Shown one piece after another: positions 1 through 9,479 of a stretch of DNA of 64,000 nucleotides. Made by a program: the position numbers and the translations under genes. This DNA is from an uncultured virus (IMG/VR IMGVR_UViG_3300035680_001736). Taxonomy: Duplodnaviria; Heunggongvirae; Uroviricota; Caudoviricetes. Below the pieces are notes generated by a model. It made no database searches and was not told the DNA's origin. It saw nothing but the letters and a program-made list of their open reading frames with translations. Location: the IMG/VR virus record IMGVR_UViG_3300035680_001736; one strand, given 5' to 3'. Numbering within the stretch: position 1 is the first letter of the stretch; every line of letters starts with the position of its first letter.

Positions 1-3000
1 ACCCCTCTACAAGACGCTGTTGGACAACCGGCCCATCCTCCACCTACTATTGCTCCCATGGCAAGTGTGTTTGGAGAGATATACGCCATACCTTGGTCAA
101 TTCTTGAAATCACTCCGTTATTATTTGAAGTATTAAGTGTGATTAATCTACTCCAAGTTAAATTATAGTATTCATCATTAATTGTCCATTCATTTATATA
201 CGTAACATTAGTGTTGGCGACTTTCTTAATCCATAAAAATCCGGTATTTGTTATAAAATCAAATGAATGTGCAATATCTAATGTTTCAACTAAAGAGCCT
301 AATCCTAAAATATTAGGATTGTAACTAGTACCTAAATTTAAGAAAGTAGGTTCTCCAAGACCTAATGCGTATCTTGATACTCTTAATCTATGTGTTTGAC
401 TAGTAGGCGCCAACCATAACATCAAAGGATTACACAGTGATTGGAATGAGAAAGATGAACAGGATGGAGAGCTGGCCGCACCTGACACTCTACCCAAACC
501 AGTGTCGGAATAAACCGATGTGGTATTACCATATATGTCAACTTCATAAATGTCAGACACATTTGATGAATTACTTGCATATGACGCGGCAATGTACAAT
601 CTATTTTGGTCGGTTAAAAATAAATCAATTCCACTACCGTAATCGGTTGACTCAGGAAAATTAAAAATAGTCACAGTTTCTTCAATCACCGCGTTAGTAA
701 AACTACCATCCAAATAAATTTGTTTAATCATCCATCTAGTAGGATTAGTTACACCATAACCAATCAACATTCTATTATTATTTACAACCGCAATATCCGT
801 TGGGCTTTCATCGACGGGTAAAGTCAAAATAGCCGGAGTTATGAATTGCTGACTCACAGTATCAAATCTTCTAATAGACCATGTGTTAGAATTTGAAGGT
901 CTGGTTGATAAAAACACATTGAGTCCGTCCTCACTTACCCCTAATGCCGCAGCAAATAGTCCAGGGTTTCCATTAACAAGTGGTTCTGGATTTTGTAGAG
1001 TTACTGAGGTTGGGTTTGGAGTTATAACAAATCCTGATATGAAATCAACATTCCACCATGTTAATCTTACATCAGTTGTTTGATTACTACCATGTAATAA
1101 ATAAAGTCTTTGACTTACTGAATTATAGGCAATATCCCAAAATCTATCATTTGTAATAGTAGGTATATTTGGTAACTCAATTTCAATTGACTCATTATCA
1201 TTAACATTATAATAAAAAACCCTGTTAGGATTTAAATCATTATTATCGGCTCTTGTGACAAAAAACACAGGACAAGTAGGTAATATAGTTGTTACTATTA
1301 AATTTGGTGTAAAAGTTAATGGATTACACAAGGCTATCGCTTCAGGACTTGAGTTTATTGAAGACGCTCCAAAAGGTCCTCGTCCGTTTGGGGGAGTCCA
1401 AAATTCATCAATATTTGAGCCAGTGACAAGGTAATTAGTTGGACTAAATAAAAGTTGACTGAAAGCATTTCCAAAACCAGGAGCATTATTTGTTAATCTT
1501 ATTGACCTTATTTCGTCTAAGAATGTTGCAATAAAATTTGTAACACCATTTCCCGGATTCTGAGGGTCAGGATATGGGAAATATACTTCAGGGAATGCAA
1601 AAAAGTTAGGATTTGTACTTTGGACGTACTCATATTGTAAAAGATATTTTATACCCGTCTGAGACAAATTGGTAGAATCTCTAGCAAATATTACTAATTT
1701 ATTATCAGGACCTAAATAAAAATTACTATAAATAACAGTTGAGCGTGTTCCGGTATATATCGAATCTCCTTGTGCCGGTAATCTGAACATTAATGTCATA
1801 TTATTCACCAAAGATAAGTTATTACCTAATGCCGGAGTAATATCCAACTGACCAATAAACTCACGGTAATTCTGCTGATTATTATAGGGGCCAGTACCAC
1901 CTGACCAAGTTTCAATTATCAAGGTATTTCTGTCTAATGAAGCAATTCCAAGGTTGTGTCTAAAAGTAGTACCTGATGCAGAAACGTTAATTACTCTATT
2001 AAAAGTTAAATTAAAATCTTCATCATCAATACTCCATTCGTATATTTGAAAATTAACATTAGTAATTGCGGGGGTTGGTCTACGACTAATCCACATCCAA
2101 CCTGTGTTAAAATTGAAATCAAAAATGTGAGTAATTGACATACTTCTCTGTACAGAATTTCCAGGTGCCGGATATGTATTTCCTAAGTCTAAAACTTGTT
2201 GCGGGTCCTCTGTTTCTCCATCCCATCTAATTGCGACAAATTGATTATTACCTGAAAATAATATTAACGGTCTACATCTTGGGTCAGGGAATTCAAATTC
2301 AAATGAGTGACATGATGGATAAGATGCCGCCCCATTAATTGTTTGTAAATTAGTGTTATTCCACGATTGAGTTATTGTTAAATCAACATCAATTTTAAAA
2401 ACTGAAGATGTACTATTTTGACTAGCAACTACATAAAATTCACTAACTCCTTCATTTAAACTTAAGAAAATATCCAAAGATTCATAAACATCAGGACCAA
2501 ATTCAATTTCATTGTCAAAAATAGTGCCCTCTGGACTATCGTCACAAGTCCATTGTTCTATGTATATAGTTGTTCCGTCAGTTGTTGAAATAAATAATTT
2601 ATCATTATTAGTTCTTATAAAATCACCTTTAACTCTTCTTCCATTTGTAAAGCTTATCAATTCTGTATAGTAGTTGAATTGGCTAGTGTTGAAAACATCG
2701 TAAATTAGTACTCTTGGAGTTTGAGGTTCTCCGGGGATTGGAACTGTAGATAGGTATATTAAATTACCGTTAGGGCTAACTTCTAATCCTTCGCTAAGTC
2801 TAAGAGCTCCAAATGTTACTGGTGAAGGTAGTTGTATTAGGAACGGACCATCAATTAACTGTCCGGTCTCAAAATCAACATTCCACCATATTAAATTATT
2901 GTCCCATGGAGATGATGGATTGGGTTGAGGTAAATCACTTAATGTTTGTAAAACATATAATCTATTATTAGTATTACAAACCGCAACATCTCTATAGCTA

Positions 3001-6000
3001 TAGATAGTTTCCGCAACATCTCCAAGCTGAGGTAATAAAATAAAGTTATGTGTATTATTTGTGACGTTATAATTCCAAAGACCCTCCAATCCTGAAGAAT
3101 TCAAAAATACAGGGCAATTACTTAAAGTAGGAATGACCGGCGCTATATTTGGTACAAATCTAGTTAATTCACATTGAATTTGGCTAGGTACAGTTACATT
3201 AATTGTTGAGGACGCTCTTAAAGCAGTATTAAAAAGTGGTGATAAAGTATATTGAGTTTGAGGTATGTCCAAATAACCAGAAATACCATAGTTTGGCTCA
3301 TTATTGAGTATATAACCGCCCCAATTCTGGTTAGCCCCAATATTCTGATTTCTATGTACAAAAATAAAATTATTATAGTTAACAACTCCAATTTGTTGTA
3401 CATTATCACTAGTGGCGTTGCCATTTCCTTCGGCGTCTAATATAGTATTGATATATTCATATTGTGCATCTATTGCGTATGGGTATTGTAAAATGACTCT
3501 TGTTAAATTTATATTACTGCTTTCAGGTAATCCACTTCTCACAATTACAATTAATTTATTATCTACAGCATAATCCATTGATTGAATAATTGCATTTCTC
3601 GGTAAAGTGTACCCTGGAGACCCTGCTGTAGGTAATGTAAACATAGTAGTTGTATTTGCGTTAAAAGTTAAATTCAAATTCACATTACCAGGTGTTAAAT
3701 TAAGTTGTACAATTCTGGACCTAAGAGCTGCGCTACTTGTCCCATATCCATTGCGGGTACCAATTATTAAAGTATTATCATCAATTGCCGCTAATCCGGC
3801 AAAGAAACGAAGACTCGTAATTGCTTGATTGGTCTGCGTCAAAGTAATTTGTCTGTTATAAGTACCAATAAAATCTATTTCACCATTAGGTAATGTTGTA
3901 CCGTTTAAAGTAAATTCCCATATTGTTGTTACCCAAATTGATGATTGTGTGTTAAATAGAATCCATAATAAACCTGTATTTGTTTCATAGTCAAATGTAT
4001 GGGCAATTTCATTGGGTCCTACAGTAGGTACGGGGTGAGTTCCTAAATTTAAAGTGCTTATAGGTTGGAATGGTAAGAAGTTGAATCTGGATACAAAAAA
4101 GGTATTACTTAACCCTGAAAATAAAAGTAATGGTCTACATCTTGGGTCAGGATAAATAAAACTAAATGAATTACACTCAGGGAATGTGGCAGCTCCGTTA
4201 AATAATCCACCATATGTAGCATAATTGGTAAGATTAGTTATACTATCAACCGGCTCTAATCCATAAGGATAATCACTAATTACTTTATAAACAGGTATAT
4301 TAAATTGATTATTATCTATACAAAATAACGAACCGTCTAATATATATAAATCTATTTGATTATCTCCGTCGGCGCTTAAACCTGTTACAATTTCAAACTC
4401 GAAAAGAGACCCCTCAGGTGTTCCATCGGTATGCCATTGTTCAATGAATACACGTTCACCATCTGTTGTTGTAATAAATAATTTATTATCAGTAGTTCTA
4501 CACATATCCCCTTGAACTCTTCTTCCTGGTAATAAATCAAATAATCTCTCACAAGGACATACTTGGGTAAGGATAGTATCCTGACCAGAGTCAATAATTT
4601 CACATCTTAGAATTGATTGTACATCATCAAGTTCAGAATAGTTCATTGAGCTTACAAAAACATGGAATCCGTCCAAATCAACTTCTAATCCATGGTTAAC
4701 CGTAAAAAAATCATACGGGTCTTGGAAAGGTAAATCAGGGGTTACATTAATTGTTGCCCCTGATACGTAAGTTCCGGTTTGGAAATTAATAGTAAAATAC
4801 CCAATATAACTGGCGGGATATGGTCCAACTTGATTTGTTTGATAGGTACCATTTGTTTTGAAATAAACTCTCTGAGATGTTCTTGAAATTGCTATGTCGG
4901 TATAGGTATCCCCACTTGAATCCGCATTATTAAATATGTATGGACCTTGTAGTGAAATTGGTATTAAACTACCTTGATTGGTGTCATATAAGAATATATC
5001 AAATTCGTCTGTAGATGAATTTAACATTACTATACAACCTTCAATCGGAGGTAATGGGTCAGGTAAAAGACGAGCTAAACAATATGCGTTATTTGCTGTA
5101 CATGGACCTCTGTCTGTAATACTACTTTGAGATGATGTATTTATGATAGAAGTCATACATACAGTTCCTTGAACAGTAACCGACGGACCGTAATTATTCG
5201 TAATAAATCTATAATTACCATCACAATCTAAAAATTCGACAGTTAGATTATTACCTATTTTAAGTTCAAAACATGTACAAGGAAAAACAGTGGGTTCAAT
5301 ACAATACTGAGAATTTGAAAGACCGCAAAATTCATTGGTATCCTCAACATAAGCATATTGTTCATTAGTACCTATCCCTGGTTGGTCAACAAAACTAAAA
5401 TTATCATTTAGAATACAAGGGAATAAAGGATTTTGGCCAACAAAAGAACTATGTGGACTACCACTACAATCTCTCCAAGAAAATAAGAACCAAGTACTCT
5501 GAGGAGGATTTAGTCCTGCGTTTGTGTGACGTACTTCGTAACAAGTACAATCAGGGGCTGGTTCGGTTTGGATTGCACAAATATTACTAATAGAAATTGG
5601 TATATTAGCAACACAATCTTCATGTGCCTGAAATCTTAGTAGTGTACTTGTTGCTACTAATGTAGTGGTAAATCTTTGGTATCCTCCGGAACCAAATGTA
5701 CTAGTTGGAGTAAAAAATTCAGACCCATTAGAACCTGCAAAAACTCTAACCCATCTTTGCCCAGGAAATACAGTACAAGTGCCACCAAAATCGGTAAAAA
5801 ATACAGGAAGTGATAAGTCAAAAGAAATTTCATAGGTTGCCCCAATAACCAAGCAGTTTTGTTGAAGATAATTATTTAAATCACCTCCCGTATATAGCGC
5901 GGCCGAGCCAAATGTACTATTATTACCAACTGTCTGCCATAGTGTTGAAGTTTGTCCGACTCCATTAACTGACTCCCATGAAGGTATGGTTGTATTCGGT

Positions 6001-9000
6001 ATTCCTTGAACTAAAAATTGTGGGTTAGCAACTACGTTATTTTCTTGACAAACCGCTATTGGGGAACATCCCTCAACCCAACTGAAATCGTCTCCACAAA
6101 CCCAATGAGAATTGGAGTCATCGGTTAATTTTCCGCACCACCCATCTACACTTATTGTTGTTACACTTGTTGGAGATAGTTCGTTACTTAAACCACTGTT
6201 AACATTGGTTAATTCAAATAAATTGTTTCCATTAGAACTATCGATTCCTGCCAATATTGTAAATGTTCCAGTTGTAGAACCATTTACAGTTCTAGCAACT
6301 CGTATTCTTACTGCATCATTAATATTTAATTGAACGTTTTCAAATATACTTTCAGTTTCAAAATTAACTAAAGCGGTTGAAGGTCCATAAGTAAATGAGT
6401 CGTATAATACTCCATTAACAAAAAGACCCACAGTTAGGAAATTATTGTTCTGTTGAGACACGAATACAAATCTTGCTCTAAACGTATAATCACCATTTCC
6501 TGGCGAGGTATATACTCCAGTTGTAGGATTATATCCATTATAGTAATCAAAACTCTCCGTATTAAACGTAAAATCTGTCCATATATTAGGTTGTGCAATT
6601 TGTAAATTTTGAGCAACATTTCTGTAAGCTCTGAAGGATAATGGTTCTGCAAAATATGGATTAGAAGGTAAATCAGGAGACTCATTAGCACTCCAAACCG
6701 CACAAAAAGTATATTCATTCGACGGTAATACTGTTATAGTCACTTCTTCTGATAAATTATCACATTTTGTGTAATTTAAATAATTCACATTTTGTGATTG
6801 ATTTGTCACGGTAATACATCTACAACAAAAACCTTGACCTCCACCCAAGAAATTTTTATAACCACCCTCAACACGGACAATTAAAGATTCCCCATTTTCG
6901 GTATATCCGGTTGAAATTTTTCTAATATACGTATCGTTATCCGTAGTAAGTCCATCACCAACGGTTGAGATAAACAAACCTGATGAACTTATTGATGAAG
7001 GAATATCCTCAGGTAAAATTAAATCTCCTGAATTACTTCCTTGTTCAAATGTTAAATAAGAATTTGTTCCTAAATAAACTGTAGATATTTTTGTACCATA
7101 AGCATTCAAAGTGAACCCTTCAGGTAAATCTAGTTGAACAAAACTATTAGTTGGTTGTCCGTCATAAATTTCATTCAAGTCGGTTTTATTCACCGGTGAA
7201 AATGCTAAATAAGAAATTGTTGGTTTGTATGAATAAAAAACGTTAGAATAAATACTGTTATCAAATAGTATTGATGATAAATTTTCAAAATTCATTAATA
7301 ACGTGGTTGCGCTTGTTGGTAAATAAGACACATTACTATATGATGATTGGGTTATTGTTAAGGGAGTTGTTTGTGGTGTGAATTCACCAGTATAAACTGC
7401 AATTTTACAAATTCTAAGGTTACTAATATAGGCATCTAAATTAGTTGTCTTATCATAATTAGTTCCAATGTAGAATGACGTGCCTGTTGTTGCGGTAATA
7501 GAATCTGTAATACCTGTGGTTACAATTGAATCTTGTTTTCCGTTAACATATAGGAAAATATCTCCTGAATTTCTAACTATTGCAATATGAACCCATTGAT
7601 ATATATTAATCTGACTTTCAAAATTAATTACATTTTCGTTATACGTAAAATTAAGTTGACATAGTCCTGTAAATGATAATTCCCACCCTTGGGTATTTGA
7701 TGAATCATAAAAAGAAATAATCGAAGGATTTTCTAAGTTTGTACTACTATAATTTAGCCAAAATTCTACAGTGAAATCTGAATCAAAATTAAACCCTTCG
7801 CTAAAGTCTGTATAAATGTAATTACCGTTATATAACGATAAACTACCTCCGTTATTTGAATTAAAATTAAGAACTAATTCACCTTCAGGACTCATTTTTA
7901 AAATGTTTCCCGCACTATACAAAGAACCATTATTCACTTGTACTAAACCGTCTCCCCCAACTAATATTGACCCATCATTTAATTGAGTAATCGTATTAAT
8001 TTGAGATGTTGTGTATGAGTTATCTTTAAATGTTTCGTCAATACCGCTATTATTTATATAATTTGAACACTCATAACAGTTTTCAAAAACTTTTGTACTA
8101 AATATTTCTGTAGTAACTCCTGATATTTCAGAATAATCACCTGAGGTTACGGCGTTTAAAACTTTCTTACATTTTGATTCTCCAGTAGGTAAACTTATTA
8201 TTTGTCCATATTTCTCAAAATATTGGTGACTTAATATCACACTTGTTGAACCGTTAACACAATCCTCAACTAAATAATAGACACCTTTAGATTCAACCAC
8301 TTGTTGGAACGAATCGTATGGTAAATAATTGACTTTTACTGGTATACTTGAGTTGATGCTTTTTCTAATAAATAAACTAGAATTTCTACATTTGATATCT
8401 TCATTTATAAATGGTTGGTCGGTTAAATTAGAACATACCACACCTTCAGTTTCGGTATTATCTACATATGTAATATTTGACCCAACGTTTATTAATCTTT
8501 TAGCACATATTTTTTTGGTACCTACAAATTTTAGAGTTTTTACAGGATAAGTTTCTGTAAAAAATTCAGTAGTTACACAACTGACATAAGTCACAGATTG
8601 TGCCGTGGCTCCGCTATTATTTAAAGTATAACAATTACACGGAAAATTAAAAGTAACTTCGTTAAATGTTGTAGTTCCATCAGTACATGTAAATGTTACA
8701 TTAAAAGTTATGGTTTGTACCCATGTATCAGGATTCTGTAAAGGAACATTAAATGGTATACTAGTATATCCTGGTGCTATATTCAATGACTCAGATTCGG
8801 AATTAAGGGTATATGTATTAGTGACAATTTGATAATACCCCATAGGTGCCGCAACATTAATGGTGTATATATTGGTATTTAAAGGTTGGTTAAAATGAAT
8901 TATAAATGTGTAAAACGGACCCACGTATTCAATATTAGAAACTGAATAATCACAAGCCTTACTTCCAAACTTATATGGAAAAGTTTCAGTTATAATTGCT

Positions 9001-9398
9001 GGAGAATTTATAAATTTAGTAGTTCCAGAATCGTCATAAACTATGTTTACTCCTAAAACATCTCCCTTTTTAAATCTACTATCGGCAATCAAATTTAAAC
9101 TACTTAAATCAGGTTTTGTAATACCTGATACCGTAACAACTTGAGTATTGGCAGAAAGACATAAGTCACAATCAACATACTTTGAAGCAACGTCAGTGTA
9201 ATGAGTTGCAGCACTTGATGTTGATGCTGTGATATAAACCGCACAACTACGACTATTAGGTTCTTCAATAGGGTAGATTAAATAAGGTGCGTCTAAGCTC
9301 AATTCTTCATTTGAACCTACCACATAGGTTAATGGGTTTCCTGAGAGGTCAAGTTGAAAACAGTCCTCGAAATCATAATAATAAATAAAAGGGTCCAT
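1..9398 (-). CDS. Giant (>=3132 aa) Cys-rich virion/adhesin-like protein, truncated at window edge; LamG-like and C1q-like domains plus ~620-aa tandem beta-propeller-like repeats
   Basis: ATG at 9398 (MDPFIYYYDFEDCF...) preceded by TATTTATA. Manual translation found no stop before position 1, and its absence from the ORF track fits an ORF with no stop in the window. LamG-like FTVEFW...WVHIAIVR...LYVNG at ~7780-7540. Repeat marker GAA.xP.C.SF...C.PL at ~4150, ~2290 and ~440. Confidence 0.85.
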   Translation of the reverse strand, partial: MDPFIYYYDFEDCFQLDLSGNPLTYVVGSNEELSLDAPYLIYPIEEPNSRSCAVYITASTSSAATHYTDVASKYVDCDLCLSANTQVVTVSGITKPDLSSLNLIADSRFKKGDVLGVNIVYDDSGTTKFINSPAIITETFPYKFGSKACDYSVSNIEYVGPFYTFIIHFNQPLNTNIYTINVAAPMGYYQIVTNTYTLNSESESLNIAPGYTSIPFNVPLQNPDTWVQTITFNVTFTCTDGTTTFNEVTFNFPCNCYTLNNSGATAQSVTYVSCVTTEFFTETYPVKTLKFVGTKKICAKRLINVGSNITYVDNTETEGVVCSNLTDQPFINEDIKCRNSSLFIRKSINSSIPVKVNYLPYDSFQQVVESKGVYYLVEDCVNGSTSVILSHQYFEKYGQIISLPTGESKCKKVLNAVTSGDYSEISGVTTEIFSTKVFENCYECSNYINNSGIDETFKDNSYTTSQINTITQLNDGSILVGGDGLVQVNNGSLYSAGNILKMSPEGELVLNFNSNNGGSLSLYNGNYIYTDFSEGFNFDSDFTVEFWLNYSSTNLENPSIISFYDSSNTQGWELSFTGLCQLNFTYNENVINFESQINIYQWVHIAIVRNSGDIFLYVNGKQDSIVTTGITDSITATTGTSFYIGTNYDKTTNLDAYISNLRICKIAVYTGEFTPQTTPLTITQSSYSNVSYLPTSATTLLMNFENLSSILFDNSIYSNVFYSYKPTISYLAFSPVNKTDLNEIYDGQPTNSFVQLDLPEGFTLNAYGTKISTVYLGTNSYLTFEQGSNSGDLILPEDIPSSISSSGLFISTVGDGLTTDNDTYIRKISTGYTENGESLIVRVEGGYKNFLGGGQGFCCRCITVTNQSQNVNYLNYTKCDNLSEEVTITVLPSNEYTFCAVWSANESPDLPSNPYFAEPLSFRAYRNVAQNLQIAQPNIWTDFTFNTESFDYYNGYNPTTGVYTSPGNGDYTFRARFVFVSQQNNNFLTVGLFVNGVLYDSFTYGPSTALVNFETESIFENVQLNINDAVRIRVARTVNGSTTGTFTILAGIDSSNGNNLFELTNVNSGLSNELSPTSVTTISVDGWCGKLTDDSNSHWVCGDDFSWVEGCSPIAVCQENNVVANPQFLVQGIPNTTIPSWESVNGVGQTSTLWQTVGNNSTFGSAALYTGGDLNNYLQQNCLVIGATYEISFDLSLPVFFTDFGGTCTVFPGQRWVRVFAGSNGSEFFTPTSTFGSGGYQRFTTTLVATSTLLRFQAHEDCVANIPISISNICAIQTEPAPDCTCYEVRHTNAGLNPPQSTWFLFSWRDCSGSPHSSFVGQNPLFPCILNDNFSFVDQPGIGTNEQYAYVEDTNEFCGLSNSQYCIEPTVFPCTCFELKIGNNLTVEFLDCDGNYRFITNNYGPSVTVQGTVCMTSIINTSSQSSITDRGPCTANNAYCLARLLPDPLPPIEGCIVMLNSSTDEFDIFLYDTNQGSLIPISLQGPYIFNNADSSGDTYTDIAISRTSQRVYFKTNGTYQTNQVGPYPASYIGYFTINFQTGTYVSGATINVTPDLPFQDPYDFFTVNHGLEVDLDGFHVFVSSMNYSELDDVQSILRCEIIDSGQDTILTQVCPCERLFDLLPGRRVQGDMCRTTDNKLFITTTDGERVFIEQWHTDGTPEGSLFEFEIVTGLSADGDNQIDLYILDGSLFCIDNNQFNIPVYKVISDYPYGLEPVDSITNLTNYATYGGLFNGAATFPECNSFSFIYPDPRCRPLLLFSGLSNTFFVSRFNFLPFQPISTLNLGTHPVPTVGPNEIAHTFDYETNTGLLWILFNTQSSIWVTTIWEFTLNGTTLPNGEIDFIGTYNRQITLTQTNQAITSLRFFAGLAAIDDNTLIIGTRNGYGTSSAALRSRIVQLNLTPGNVNLNLTFNANTTTMFTLPTAGSPGYTLPRNAIIQSMDYAVDNKLIVIVRSGLPESSNINLTRVILQYPYAIDAQYEYINTILDAEGNGNATSDNVQQIGVVNYNNFIFVHRNQNIGANQNWGGYILNNEPNYGISGYLDIPQTQYTLSPLFNTALRASSTINVTVPSQIQCELTRFVPNIAPVIPTLSNCPVFLNSSGLEGLWNYNVTNNTHNFILLPQLGDVAETIYSYRDVAVCNTNNRLYVLQTLSDLPQPNPSSPWDNNLIWWNVDFETGQLIDGPFLIQLPSPVTFGALRLSEGLEVSPNGNLIYLSTVPIPGEPQTPRVLIYDVFNTSQFNYYTELISFTNGRRVKGDFIRTNNDKLFISTTDGTTIYIEQWTCDDSPEGTIFDNEIEFGPDVYESLDIFLSLNEGVSEFYVVASQNSTSSVFKIDVDLTITQSWNNTNLQTINGAASYPSCHSFEFEFPDPRCRPLILFSGNNQFVAIRWDGETEDPQQVLDLGNTYPAPGNSVQRSMSITHIFDFNFNTGWMWISRRPTPAITNVNFQIYEWSIDDEDFNLTFNRVINVSASGTTFRHNLGIASLDRNTLIIETWSGGTGPYNNQQNYREFIGQLDITPALGNNLSLVNNMTLMFRLPAQGDSIYTGTRSTVIYSNFYLGPDNKLVIFARDSTNLSQTGIKYLLQYEYVQSTNPNFFAFPEVYFPYPDPQNPGNGVTNFIATFLDEIRSIRLTNNAPGFGNAFSQLLFSPTNYLVTGSNIDEFWTPPNGRGPFGASSINSSPEAIALCNPLTFTPNLIVTTILPTCPVFFVTRADNNDLNPNRVFYYNVNDNESIEIELPNIPTITNDRFWDIAYNSVSQRLYLLHGSNQTTDVRLTWWNVDFISGFVITPNPTSVTLQNPEPLVNGNPGLFAAALGVSEDGLNVFLSTRPSNSNTWSIRRFDTVSQQFITPAILTLPVDESPTDIAVVNNNRMLIGYGVTNPTRWMIKQIYLDGSFTNAVIEETVTIFNFPESTDYGSGIDLFLTDQNRLYIAASYASNSSNVSDIYEVDIYGNTTSVYSDTGLGRVSGAASSPSCSSFSFQSLCNPLMLWLAPTSQTHRLRVSRYALGLGEPTFLNLGTSYNPNILGLGSLVETLDIAHSFDFITNTGFLWIKKVANTNVTYINEWTINDEYYNLTWSRLITLNTSNNNGVISRIDQGMAYISPNTLAMGAIVGGGWAGCPTASCRG

Positions 9399-9414
9399 AT
9401 TTAATAAGTTTTTT

Positions 9415-9422
9415 TATAAATA
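9415..9422 (-). promoter_or_regulatory. Putative phage late promoter TATTTATA (sense strand), representative copy
   Basis: Same motif lies a short distance (mostly ~5-30 nt) upstream of >20 genes on both strands. Confidence 0.65.
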
Positions 9423-9432
9423 TCTATAAAAC

Positions 9433-9458
9433 AAAAAAGGAGGCTAATGCCTCCTTTT
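9433..9458. terminator. Bidirectional intrinsic terminator
   Basis: AAAAAAGGAGGC-taat-GCCTCCTTTT. Confidence 0.8.
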
Positions 9459-9479
9459 AATTTTTAATTATTTTTTATT

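Noticed and set aside
437..8550. Short ORFs listed in the track within 1-9.4 kb
   Set aside because: Shadow frames of the giant minus-strand ORF
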